A DNA stretch of 64,000 nucleotides, taken from positions 288,001 to 352,000 of the forward strand of contig OZ242318.1 of assembly GCA_965208105.1 (NCBI GenBank), in the 5' to 3' direction. Shown piece by piece: positions 17,821 to 26,871 of the stretch; position 1 is the stretch's first letter; each line of letters opens with the position of its first letter. The notes under the pieces were generated by a model. The model was not told where the DNA came from. It saw only the letters and a program-made list of their open reading frames with translations, and did no database searches. The DNA comes from Candidatus Latescibacterota bacterium. Lineage in GTDB: Bacteria; Latescibacterota; UBA2968; UBA8231. Position numbers and translations under genes: made by a program.

Positions 17821-18781
17821 TGCCCTGAGGTTTTCCAGAAACCTGGTGCTGTCCTTCCCGGGCTTCCCCGAGGCTCAACGGGTTCGCATCGCTGGAATCC
17901 GCGGAGTTCGGAAATCCGTATAGCGCCCTGTTGAGTTTCGCCACGGCCTTGCCCAGTCGGGGGCCGAATCCCAGCAGCAGGAGCCCGTCCATGGATGCCA
18001 CCCGGCTCTGCTTCCCCGCAGGGGTCAGGGCCAGCCCGGGCAACCGCCACAGCCCGTGAGCGCCGCCGACGCTCGCCAGGCCGCTGTCCATGAGCAGGAT
18101 GACGTCGGGCGCCGCGGCCACCGCCGCTTCCGATGTGAGCGGTTTGTAGCCGCTGTAGCCCCGGACGGCATTGGCGCCGCCGGCCAGGCCGATCATGGTG
18201 TCGGCTCCCGTGTCGCGGCCGGCCACCATCAGGGTGCCCTGGCCGCGAGCGTAGAGAAAGAGGGCCCTGGCTTTGGTCCCGGTGCGGGGAATGGATGATT
18301 CCACCCTGGCCAGGTCTTCCTTGAGATTGCGGACCAGCGCCGCGCCTGTTTTCCGGGCGCCCAGGTGACGCGCGATTCCCTCGATCATGTCGACGGCGCC
18401 GTCCACCGTGGCCTCGTGGGGCATGACGAGCAATCTCACCCCGGCGCTCTCGATTTGCCGGAGAGCCTCGGGGGGCCCTACCTCGGTGGTGGCGATGATC
18501 AGGGTGGGGCTCAGGGACAGCACGCCTTCCGCAGAGAGGCGGCGGTGGTAGGCGACCTTGGGCAGCCGCTCGGCCGCAGCGGGAAATGAGCTGGAGGCAT
18601 CCACTCCCACGACGCGCTCGCCGGCGCCAAGGGCGAAGACGATCTCGGTGATGGTCCCGCCGAGGGTGACGATGCGCTCGCTCCCTCCGGGACCCTCCTC
18701 GGCATGGCCGGCGGTCGGGAGGTTGAGGCTCGTCTGCCCCAGGAAGGTCATCAATGCGAGGAACCGGATAGGCATTTTCAT
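17807..18781 (-). CDS. hmuT: Heme ABC transporter periplasmic binding protein
   Basis: Signal peptide; RIVTLGGTITEIVFALG, heme-ligand Tyr in VAYHRRLSAEG, and LLLGFGPR. Confidence 0.9.
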   Translation of the reverse strand: MKMPIRFLALMTFLGQTSLNLPTAGHAEEGPGGSERIVTLGGTITEIVFALGAGERVVGVDASSSFPAAAERLPKVAYHRRLSAEGVLSLSPTLIIATTEVGPPEALRQIESAGVRLLVMPHEATVDGAVDMIEGIARHLGARKTGAALVRNLKEDLARVESSIPRTGTKARALFLYARGQGTLMVAGRDTGADTMIGLAGGANAVRGYSGYKPLTSEAAVAAAPDVILLMDSGLASVGGAHGLWRLPGLALTPAGKQSRVASMDGLLLLGFGPRLGKAVAKLNRALYGFPNSADSSDANPLSLGEAREGQHQVSGKPQGNAPD

Positions 18782-19839
18782 GGTTGGCGAACTCCTTCGA
18801 GGGCTGCCAGGGCGGCATTCCAGGCCTCGACCGTGGCCTGGCCCTGCTTGCGCCGGGCGAAGAGCAGGGCGATGGTTTCTCCCTGGAGGTCGAACAACTC
18901 CAGGCTGACCACCGTTCCATGGCGCGTGGGTTTCTGCACAACCCAGGCCGAATCCACCCGGTCCTCCCTGATGTGCAGGTTGAATCCTCCGTCCAGGACG
19001 TTGAGCCAGGGGCCGCTGGCCTTGACCTTGCAGATGGGGCCCGAATGGATCTGGATGACTCCAGGGCTGGAGACGAACACCATGATGGCCAATCGTTTAC
19101 GGGATGCCACCTGCAGTACCTGGTTAAGACTGGTGGAGACCACCCTGCGGGCCAGAGAGTCGTCGGCCAGGCGCAGGGCCTGAACCCGCCCCACCTGGAA
19201 CCGGGCGAGAAGCCGGTGGAACTCGTGGGTGTCCTCGAGGCCGCGCCAGGCTGCCTGCAGTCCCTGCAGATCGATGGCGCCGTCCTCCCTGTCTGCAACC
19301 AATGGAGGGCGCGGACAGACGCATTGCACCGGCGACTGGTCCGCGGCGGCGAACTCGCCGGTCAGCCCCTCGTATGCCTTGCGGTCGCTCTCTGCGATCA
19401 GGTAGACCTTGTGGACCGCCGTGCCGTGTCGGTCGAAGAATTGAAAGCTTGACAGGGTGGATCGGCGGCCTTCCTGCTCCACCGCAAAGCCCAGGTGCCA
19501 GTGGTCCATGAACAGGCGCAGGTCGATGCCTTCATCCAGTACCAGCCCCATCCGGCCTTGAAAATGCACTTCGCGGAAGCGGCCGTGTTTTTCGTGCACC
19601 GCGTGGTCATTGCGGGTCAGGGCCATGACCGGACCCAGCTCTTCGAGACGCTGGACGAAATGTGGCCAGTCGGCCTCCAGGCGGACCGCGGTTTCCCCGC
19701 AGGAGGATGCCACCAGCTCGGCTTCGCTCACCCCGAGTTGCTCGGCCGCGTCGCGGATGCGCACTCCGGGGTGGTCGCGGCGATAGGATTTCCAGAGCTG
19801 TTTGAAGTCGCCTCTTCCGGCGGGCGCTGTGGTAGTCAT
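18778..19839 (-). CDS. hmuS: Hemin-degrading/trafficking factor HemS/ChuS/HmuS
   Basis: RIRDAAEQLGVSEAEL, MALTRNDHAVHEK, IDLRLF, QFFDRHGTAVHKVY and DTHEF. RBS GAAGGGAG before ATG at 19839. Confidence 0.92.
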   Translation of the reverse strand: MTTTAPAGRGDFKQLWKSYRRDHPGVRIRDAAEQLGVSEAELVASSCGETAVRLEADWPHFVQRLEELGPVMALTRNDHAVHEKHGRFREVHFQGRMGLVLDEGIDLRLFMDHWHLGFAVEQEGRRSTLSSFQFFDRHGTAVHKVYLIAESDRKAYEGLTGEFAAADQSPVQCVCPRPPLVADREDGAIDLQGLQAAWRGLEDTHEFHRLLARFQVGRVQALRLADDSLARRVVSTSLNQVLQVASRKRLAIMVFVSSPGVIQIHSGPICKVKASGPWLNVLDGGFNLHIREDRVDSAWVVQKPTRHGTVVSLELFDLQGETIALLFARRKQGQATVEAWNAALAALEGVRQP

Positions 19840-19850
19840 GTCTTCTCCCT

Positions 19851-20264
19851 TCAGTTGAGGTTCCCGTGCATGCCAGACAGGGGACTGGAATGGGCGAACT
19901 GAAAACCTGGAAAGACCTTTACGCTGGGTCCGGGCGCCCGGCACATGGAATCAGGTACCGGGCTCGCCCCTTCCCGTTCCGCCATCTTTTCGACAGTCTC
20001 CGCCGCTTCGGCCATGGCCTCAGCCAGGGGAGCCAGGGCTCCCGCTCCCAGGCACATGACCGTGGTGTGCCAGGCCAGGGACAGGTGGGAACAGGACCAG
20101 ATCCCGGCCTTTACCAGGTTCTGAGCCTGCTGAATCTCCCGGTTCAGGTCGCAGAACTCGCTGGGCAGCAGACCGATGTTGACGTTGTGGCAGATCAAAT
20201 GGATGCCGCCGTGCTCGCAGCGGTAGATGGTTGCCAGCGGGGGGTTGCTGACGATGGGTTTCAT
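19851..20264 (-). CDS. Hypothetical Cys/His-rich protein in the heme operon
   Basis: RBS CAGGAG; 137 aa; fills the gap between hmuY and hmuS with short spacers; YRCEHGGIHLICH. Confidence 0.65.
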   Translation of the reverse strand: MKPIVSNPPLATIYRCEHGGIHLICHNVNIGLLPSEFCDLNREIQQAQNLVKAGIWSCSHLSLAWHTTVMCLGAGALAPLAEAMAEAAETVEKMAEREGASPVPDSMCRAPGPSVKVFPGFQFAHSSPLSGMHGNLN

Positions 20265-20284
20265 GAGAACTCTCCTGTGGTTGT

Positions 20285-21418
20285 TCAGTTGGATTCGCGG
20301 AACCTATCCTTGAGCCGACCCCAACTTGAGAACTGCACCGCGGTCGCCTCCGATGCTCCCAGGCCCCGCCAGCGGAAGGTGACGAATCCGGATACGGGGG
20401 AGCCCTCTACCTCCAGGTAGTAGCTGAGGATCTGCATCTTGTAGAAGGCCTCACCGGTGTCGATGATGTAAACGTGGTTTCGGGTCGACAGCAGGTGGGT
20501 TTCGCTGTCGTAGCTGTACCACTCGCCGCTGTCGCTGCTGAAGGCGGAACCGGCCTTGTCGGCAAAATAGCCGAATCCCATGGCCCTGGTGATTTCCTCG
20601 AAGCTCTGGCCGGCCTGGTAAGCGGGAAAGGCTCCGCCCTGGCCGGGGCCGCTGATGCCGCCGTTCATGCGGATGACGTAGCCGGTGAAGTGGAGGTCCC
20701 AGTCCAGTGAGGTCGCCGGGTCGGAGGGGGACACCGGTTCTCCTGCGACCAGGTTGAAGTAGACCTCCTGGTCGCCGCTGACGTCCACGGTTGCGCTGCG
20801 GGAATCTCCCTCGAGATTCTCCCCGTCGCCCACCACCCAGCGGAAGGAGATGCGTCCGGCATCGCTGCGTCCGGCATCGCTGCGTCCGGCCCCTTCCATC
20901 CCGTCGACAACGAACTTGGCGAAGCTCCCGTCTGCTGTGCGCAGCTCGTATGCATTGCCCGGCACATCCAGGCTGTGGGTGGCCGGATTGTAGGAGTACC
21001 ATTCGCCGATGGCGTAGGCCGGTCCGTCGGTTATGAAGGCGTCGGAGCCGGGAATGTGGGCATTTGTCACCGCGTCGAAGCCATCTGTCGCCGCCATGTC
21101 CTCGGCGCCGTTGAAGTCGAAGCCCTTGACCTGGCCGGGGCCGCTGATGCCGCCGTTGAGCCTGATCTCGCTGCGCTTGAAGGCGATGTGCCACTCGCTG
21201 GAGGAGGCCGCCTCCGCGTCGGTGATGGGGACCACGTCCCCGCGCTCGAAGCTGAAGTAGGTGAAGTCGTGGGCTTCGGCGGCGAAGGCCCCTCCGGCGG
21301 TGGCGTCGATCACCGTGTGAAAGTCGCCGTTGTCGAGCTGGGTGGTGGACCCGCCCTGGACCGGGGCGCCGAGCCCCGGCAGCAGGACGAGCAGGATGAT
21401 GAAGCTGATTGGATGCAT
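20285..21418 (-). CDS. HmuY-family hemophore with two tandem HmuY-like domains and a C-terminal SWGxLK motif
   Basis: Twice: YF...W-H/D-I/L-x-F...IR-L/M-NGGISGPGQ...WYSY...Y...F/Y-A-K or YKMQI...I/V-S/T-FRW. Sec signal peptide without lipobox. RBS AAGGAGG. Confidence 0.8.
   Translation of the reverse strand: MHPISFIILLVLLPGLGAPVQGGSTTQLDNGDFHTVIDATAGGAFAAEAHDFTYFSFERGDVVPITDAEAASSSEWHIAFKRSEIRLNGGISGPGQVKGFDFNGAEDMAATDGFDAVTNAHIPGSDAFITDGPAYAIGEWYSYNPATHSLDVPGNAYELRTADGSFAKFVVDGMEGAGRSDAGRSDAGRISFRWVVGDGENLEGDSRSATVDVSGDQEVYFNLVAGEPVSPSDPATSLDWDLHFTGYVIRMNGGISGPGQGGAFPAYQAGQSFEEITRAMGFGYFADKAGSAFSSDSGEWYSYDSETHLLSTRNHVYIIDTGEAFYKMQILSYYLEVEGSPVSGFVTFRWRGLGASEATAVQFSSWGRLKDRFRESN
20851..20890. 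repeat. 15-bp in-frame tandem repeat (2.7 copies) encoding GRSDA
   Basis: TGCGTCCGGCATCGC x2 followed by TGCGTCCGGC. Confidence 0.9.
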
Positions 21419-21450
21419 GGTGCGTTCCTCCTTGAATAGTGGGTGATGGA

Positions 21451-21861
21451 CTAGTGAGCCGAGGCTCCTTCGAGAATCCAGGTCCGCACCAGCCCTATCT
21501 CCTCCTCAGGCATGGGAAGTGCGAGATAGGGCATGCGGTAGCCCACGATGCGCGGGTCGTTCTCGAGTTTCCACATCAGGTAGCTGACATCCGGTTTGAA
21601 AGGCTCCACGATCATCAGGTCCGGCCGCTGGACGCTCCTCCGGGAGACCAGTTGCTGGTGCGAGCTGTCCGCCGTGAGGTTCAGGAAGCCCGTGCCTTCC
21701 GTGGAGCTGCGGTGGCAGCGCACGCAGCGCTTGTCGAGGAGCGTCTGGATGTCTTCGGCATAGGCCACGGTTCGCGGGGTGACCCGCGCAACCGGATGGC
21801 CGTCGTCACAACCGCTTAAACACATCCACAGGATCATCATGGCTGCCCCTTTTCCTTTCAC
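21451..21861 (-). CDS. Small monoheme c-type cytochrome lipoprotein
   Basis: GTGA overlap with the receptor stop; lipobox LSGC; CVRCH heme motif; distal RMP; C-terminal IGLVRTWILEGA typical of planctomycete-type cytochrome c domains. Confidence 0.75.
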   Translation of the reverse strand: MKGKGAAMMILWMCLSGCDDGHPVARVTPRTVAYAEDIQTLLDKRCVRCHRSSTEGTGFLNLTADSSHQQLVSRRSVQRPDLMIVEPFKPDVSYLMWKLENDPRIVGYRMPYLALPMPEEEIGLVRTWILEGASAH

Positions 21862-24176
21862 AGCTCCACCCGCAGGCCGCCCCTGAGGACCCGGCCCCGC
21901 GGCGAGCGCAGGTCTCCCTGGCGCTCCGGGTCCCTCCGGTTGTCGAAGAGGTTCTCGAAGCCCAGCCTGAGGGTGAAGGGGCCCGGGAGAGGCTGCTCCG
22001 CATTGAGGTCCCATTCGCTGGCCGCCGGTGAGCGCAGGGTGGCCTCGGCGTCGGCCCACACCGCGCTGTCCCGGCTCAGCTTGATCTCCAACCGTCCCTT
22101 TGAGGGGGTCGTCCATCTCGCCCGGAGGCGCAGCGCGTGGCGCGGCCTCCCAGGCAGATCGATCCGGGCTTCCTGATCCCGTGCCCGCAGATGGGTGTAT
22201 CCGCCGTTCAGCGAGAGGCCGTTCCGAATCCGGTAATTCATGCCGAGCTCGAAACCCCGGGTAGAGGCTCGTCCCACGTTGTCGTAGGCATAGATGGCCA
22301 CCGAGCCGGAGCTTTGCTCGGGGTCGAACACGGTCTGGATCAGGTTGCGCAAACGGTTGTGGAAGAAATTGAGGCGCAGGCCGAGGTCCTTGACCGGCTC
22401 TAGCTCGCCGCCGAGGTTGATCCCGCGGCTCCGTTCAGGTTTCAGCGAGGGTGTCCCAAGCACCTTGTAGCCCAGGTTGCTGTGGTCGAATACGAAATGG
22501 AGCTCCTTCAGGGAAGGGGCGCGGTAGCCCTCGCCGTAGGATGCCCGCACCTTCAGGCGGGTGGCAATCTGGTGGGAGAAGGAGATCTTCGGGGTCAAAT
22601 GAGACCCGAAGCGGGAGTGCCTTTGATAGCGGGCGCCTCCCACGATCCCGGTTCTTTCGCCCACTTGCCAGTCGTCCTGGACGTAGGCCTCCCAGACTTC
22701 CACCTGCGATGGCGGCACCTCGACCGAGCGCCGTTGCCCTCCCCGGGGAAGGGTGCGTTCGAGAGCCACCTCCAGGTTCTCGCGGCTGTGCTCCAGCCCC
22801 CCGGTGAGCAGGTGCCGGTGCCGCATCGGGCCGGCGGCCCGCAGGTGGTACCTGGTGAGGACGTTGGCGGTTGTCCGCTCCCGCGCTTCCCGGCTGCCCA
22901 TCAGCTCCTCCCGGCTGAGCTTGTCGAACCAGGTGCGGTGGACCTGGGCGCTGGCGCTGCTTCCTTCAGCCGACTGCCAGTCCGCCCTTGTGCCCAGTTC
23001 CAACCGCTGCAACTGATCCGGGTAGCGCCAGACGTAGGTCTTGTCGAGCGGGGGAAAGTAGCGGCTGGACACCCCCTCCTCGTCCTCGGAGAGCCATCGC
23101 CCCGAGGCTTGCAGCGACAGCCGGGGCCTTACCTGCCAGCGCAGTTGGCCCTGGGTGAACCGGTTGGTGTAGGCGTCGAGATCGGTGTCGGGATCCTGCG
23201 GGGAACGGTCGAGGGCCTCCCTGGCGGTCCTCGAGGCCATGAGGGAGGCGGAGATGTTGGAGCGGGCAAGGGAGGCGAGGCCTTCGAAGGAGGTCATTCC
23301 CCCGGACCCGGCGCTGAAGCGGAGGTCTCCACCCCGATTCCGCCTGGGTGAGCGAGTGAGGATATGGACCACCCCGCCCATGGCCTCGCTGCCGTAGAGG
23401 GCGGAATGGGGTCCCTTCACCACTTCGACCCGCTCCACCTGGCAGATCGGCAACTGGGCCAGGTCGATAACACCGCCAGGGCCTCCGATCACGCGCTCGC
23501 CGTCCACGAGGATCAAGATGCGATTGGGACCGATTCCCTGGATCATGACGCCGGAAGGGGACCCCAGGTAGCCATAGAGTGCGGATTGCACGTTGATACC
23601 CGCGACGTCCTCCAGCAGCCCCGCCACGTTCTCCGTCCCCGACAGGTCGATGTCCTCCCGCCGGACCACGGCCACGGGCACGGTCAGCTTCGCCGCCGAC
23701 TTGGGCAGGCCGGTGGCAGTGACCAGGGTGGCGGCCTGGTCCAGGGGCAGGACCTGGAGTGAGATGTCAAGCCGAACCCTTTGCCCTTCAACAAGTTCCA
23801 CCTTCCGGGTCCAGGGGCGGTAGCCGATTCTTCTGACCACGAACCGGTAGCTGCCCGGAGGAAGCTGCATCTGAAAGCGGCCGCTCGCGTCGGCAATGGC
23901 CGGTGCTTCTCCGCCCTCTGCCGCTATGCTGGCATGGGAAACCGGCCGCCTGGAGTCGGCGTCCAGTATGGTGCCCTCGACCTCGGCGGCGGCGAGTTCG
24001 AGGACCGGCAGGCAGATTCCACCCAGCAGGAGTCCCAGAACCCATCCTAACCGTGCCGGAGGAGGACTACCGCCTGAACCCGGGGGCCACGGGAGAACCC
24101 TCACCAGGAATTTCCGGCTGCGATCCGGGCGATTTTTTTTCAGGACAGACTTTTTGACTGCGAGGACACCATCCAT
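21858..24176 (-). CDS. TonB-dependent receptor, likely heme (HmuR-like), with N-terminal carboxypeptidase-regulatory-like domain
   Basis: VEGTILDADSRRPV, plug motifs ILILVDG and RVEVVKGPHSALYGSEAMGGVVHI, GYRAPSLKEL and LKPE. Start codon uncertain. Confidence 0.88.
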   Translation of the reverse strand: MDGVLAVKKSVLKKNRPDRSRKFLVRVLPWPPGSGGSPPPARLGWVLGLLLGGICLPVLELAAAEVEGTILDADSRRPVSHASIAAEGGEAPAIADASGRFQMQLPPGSYRFVVRRIGYRPWTRKVELVEGQRVRLDISLQVLPLDQAATLVTATGLPKSAAKLTVPVAVVRREDIDLSGTENVAGLLEDVAGINVQSALYGYLGSPSGVMIQGIGPNRILILVDGERVIGGPGGVIDLAQLPICQVERVEVVKGPHSALYGSEAMGGVVHILTRSPRRNRGGDLRFSAGSGGMTSFEGLASLARSNISASLMASRTAREALDRSPQDPDTDLDAYTNRFTQGQLRWQVRPRLSLQASGRWLSEDEEGVSSRYFPPLDKTYVWRYPDQLQRLELGTRADWQSAEGSSASAQVHRTWFDKLSREELMGSREARERTTANVLTRYHLRAAGPMRHRHLLTGGLEHSRENLEVALERTLPRGGQRRSVEVPPSQVEVWEAYVQDDWQVGERTGIVGGARYQRHSRFGSHLTPKISFSHQIATRLKVRASYGEGYRAPSLKELHFVFDHSNLGYKVLGTPSLKPERSRGINLGGELEPVKDLGLRLNFFHNRLRNLIQTVFDPEQSSGSVAIYAYDNVGRASTRGFELGMNYRIRNGLSLNGGYTHLRARDQEARIDLPGRPRHALRLRARWTTPSKGRLEIKLSRDSAVWADAEATLRSPAASEWDLNAEQPLPGPFTLRLGFENLFDNRRDPERQGDLRSPRGRVLRGGLRVEL

Positions 24177-24261
24177 TATGTTTTCCAAGGAGGACAAAAA
24201 AGCGCGGATATACCCGGCCGGTTCTCTCCGGTTCGGAGCATATCGGTGCCTGGTTCTCGAC

Positions 24262-24306
24262 AGGCTATTGGCGGAGTGCTGGCAGGCGCAGCCAATAGCC
24301 TTTTTT
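24262..24306 (+). terminator. Intrinsic-terminator-like hairpin oriented antisense to the iron operon
   Basis: AGGCTATTGGC (24262-24272) and GCCAATAGCCT (24291-24301) form a perfect 11-bp stem, followed by a T-run on the + strand. Confidence 0.5.
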
Positions 24307-24357
24307 ATTTCGATTCAGCTCGGTCCAGCTTTTACTGCTATTCTCCTCTGATCTCCA

Positions 24358-25752
24358 TCACAGGGACTGCAAAAAGGCGACGAGGGCGTCCCGGTCGCTC
24401 TCGTCGAGCCCTCCCACGAACTCCCTCGCTGCCTCGGCCTCGCCGCCGTGGAGCATGACGGCCTCCATCAGGGTACGGGCGCGGCCGTCGTGCAGGTAGG
24501 CCGGAATTCCGTTGACCGTCTCCGTAAGGCCGATGCCCCACAGTGGGGGGGTGCGCCATTCGCTGCCGTCGGCCTCGAAGTCCGGCCGGCCGTCGGCAAG
24601 CTCTTCCCCCATGTCGTGGAGCAGCAGGTCGGTGTAGGGATGAATGGTCTGCATGGACAAAGCGGCGATTTCATGGCTCCCGGTTTGCAGGGTGGGGAGA
24701 TGACAGCCCGAGCATCCGGCTTTTGCGAAGAGCTTTTCGCCGCGCCGAACCTGGGGATCGTCGATGTTGCGGCGGGCGGGCACCGCCAGGGTCTGGATGT
24801 AGAAGGTGGTCACCTCCAGGATTTTGGGCCCGATCTCGGGATCGTCCTGGCGGCCGTCCGCCTGAACCTGGCCGGCTGTCGATTCGAAGGGGAAGTAAGG
24901 GCTGGTTACCCCCATGTCCTGGTGGTAGGCCGAGGCCACCTGCTGCAGCAGGTCCGGGTTGTTGGCCTTGAGGCCGAAGCGGCCCAGCTCGGTGCGTCCG
25001 CTGCGAAAGTTGTAGACCATGTTGGGGCGTCCGGAGATGCCGTCCCCGTCCCAGTCTCCAGGGTCGGCCAGGGCGAGGATGTCCCCTTCGGGGACCGCTT
25101 CGAGCAGGCCGCGGCCAAAGACCGGAGGAGCCATTCGCGGCGAGGTCAGGACCCCGGCCGGAAGGGCCTGGTAGGCATCGTAGATATGGTATTGGGGAAC
25201 GCGTACCGCGTAGGCCTGGCCGTCGTCGAAATGACGTATTTCCTCGTGGTACAAGACCTCGATTCGCGCCTCCGGCTGTACTCCGAAGACAGCGCGGTCC
25301 CCGATCTGCTCCCCGAAGCCCGGCACCGGACGCGGTGCCCCGGGGACCTCCGGATTGAGGCCGGGCAGGCTGACCCGCATGAGCATGGAGCCGAGGAATG
25401 GGGAAGTGTCGCCGAAACCATCGCGCCCGCGGCCGTCGCGCGCGTGGCACCCCACGCACGAGGTCTGGTTGAATACCGGACCCAGTCCGTGACCCACCTC
25501 GGCCGGTGCGGTGACGAAGATCTGCTCGAAAGCGGCGTCACCGGCCAGGAAGCGGTCCATTTCCTCTCCGTTCAAAGAAGGAATCGGGTTTTCGAAGGCC
25601 AGACTGCTGGCGTCGAATACGGTGGCGTCCCCGCCGGAAAGCAGGCGGTTCTCGCCCACTTCATCGGGCTCCACTCCCGAGCCGCCGTCGCCGCAGCCGG
25701 TGGGGAAGGCGGCGAGGAGCGCATAGATCAGCCATCTGCGGATAGGGGCCAT
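24358..25752 (-). CDS. Di-heme oxidoreductase family lipoprotein (DUF1111)
   Basis: Lipobox PTGC; LSGGDAT; GLGPVFNQTSCVGCHARDGRG; second CSGCH; WRTPPLWGIG; YLHDGRARTL. Confidence 0.9.
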   Translation of the reverse strand: MAPIRRWLIYALLAAFPTGCGDGGSGVEPDEVGENRLLSGGDATVFDASSLAFENPIPSLNGEEMDRFLAGDAAFEQIFVTAPAEVGHGLGPVFNQTSCVGCHARDGRGRDGFGDTSPFLGSMLMRVSLPGLNPEVPGAPRPVPGFGEQIGDRAVFGVQPEARIEVLYHEEIRHFDDGQAYAVRVPQYHIYDAYQALPAGVLTSPRMAPPVFGRGLLEAVPEGDILALADPGDWDGDGISGRPNMVYNFRSGRTELGRFGLKANNPDLLQQVASAYHQDMGVTSPYFPFESTAGQVQADGRQDDPEIGPKILEVTTFYIQTLAVPARRNIDDPQVRRGEKLFAKAGCSGCHLPTLQTGSHEIAALSMQTIHPYTDLLLHDMGEELADGRPDFEADGSEWRTPPLWGIGLTETVNGIPAYLHDGRARTLMEAVMLHGGEAEAAREFVGGLDESDRDALVAFLQSL

Positions 25753-25778
25753 CTTCCGTGTTCCGCCGGCCAACAAAT

Positions 25779-26855
25779 TCAGTCGGCCAGGACCAGGGGC
25801 AGAATTGCCTCCTCCAGGGTCTGCTGTACGGTGGCAACGGCCGCCTGCGCCTTTTCCACCTGGCCGCGGTCGGAGAATATGGCTTCGCGGAAGGGCGGGG
25901 CGATGCTGCCGATCTCGTCGATCGCCGCCTGGATTTCATCCTTCAGGCGTTGGTCCAGGGCGGCGTTGCGCTCGCCGATGAACTCGTCCAGGCCGCGGCC
26001 GTCCTCCCGGTAGTTACCGGTGTAGACGTTGCTCACGCTGCGCAGGTTGTTCTGGAAATCGACGATGGAGTTGAAGCTGAACTGGGATTCCACCAGGCGC
26101 GGGTCCTCTTCGGTCAGGGGATCGGCGATCTTGCCGTTGGCCACTTCGTCGCAGATGCCGATCATGCCGCCGACCATCTCCTGCACGGCCGCCTGGGCCG
26201 AGGGATAGACCGGGCTCCCCTTGCCCGCGTCGGTGACCTTCTGGCCGAAATTGCCCCCTGAAGGTATCCAGCTTTCGTACAATGCTCTGGTTGTTTCCTT
26301 GAGGTCCTCGGTGGTGGCTACGAGGTAGTCGAACTCCCGCGCCGTGAGGTCGGCTGCGGACTTGCCTCCTCCTTCGCCGAAAAGGAGGTATTCGATGGTG
26401 TGAAAGCCCTTGAGGGTGCCGTCGAGCCCGCCCACGTAGGCGGCGGTCAGCTCGTTGCCGCTGGCAAGGACACCGTCGAGGTCGGTGCGGTTCACCGGCC
26501 AACTGTCCAGCGCCGGGTCGTAGCCGTTGAAATCCACGGGACCGAAGAGAAAGCCCTCGCTGGCCTCCCAGGGAACGCGGGCGGCCACCCAGCGGGTGCG
26601 GGCGGTGGTCAGGTTCTCAGCGCTGGGATCCTCCCGCAGGGCTCCCACGGCGGCCAGGAGGTCGCCGGCGCGCTTGTCCAGGTCGGCGTAGGTGGCGATG
26701 ACCACCTTGTTGGTGAAGTCGTCGAGGACGGGCCCGAAATCGAAGGCCGCGGGTTCAGCCGTCGGTGGGGTGCTGTCGTCGTCGCCGCAGCCGGCGACCA
26801 GGATCAGACCGGACAGGACAAGCCAGAGGCGTGAAAGAGGGACGATGGCGTTCAT
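25779..26855 (-). CDS. Imelysin-family iron-regulated lipoprotein (IrpA-like)
   Basis: Lipobox VAGC; WEASEGFLFGP, LDSWP, KGFHTIEYLLF (GxHxxE motif) and ESQFSFNS. Confidence 0.9.
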   Translation of the reverse strand: MNAIVPLSRLWLVLSGLILVAGCGDDDSTPPTAEPAAFDFGPVLDDFTNKVVIATYADLDKRAGDLLAAVGALREDPSAENLTTARTRWVAARVPWEASEGFLFGPVDFNGYDPALDSWPVNRTDLDGVLASGNELTAAYVGGLDGTLKGFHTIEYLLFGEGGGKSAADLTAREFDYLVATTEDLKETTRALYESWIPSGGNFGQKVTDAGKGSPVYPSAQAAVQEMVGGMIGICDEVANGKIADPLTEEDPRLVESQFSFNSIVDFQNNLRSVSNVYTGNYREDGRGLDEFIGERNAALDQRLKDEIQAAIDEIGSIAPPFREAIFSDRGQVEKAQAAVATVQQTLEEAILPLVLAD

Positions 26856-26871
26856 GCTTGACTCCTTTTCG

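Noticed and set aside
24177-24357. Cobalamin riboswitch upstream of the TonB-dependent receptor
   Set aside because: No B12-box or GGGAA/GCCACTG core found, and the downstream genes indicate heme rather than B12.
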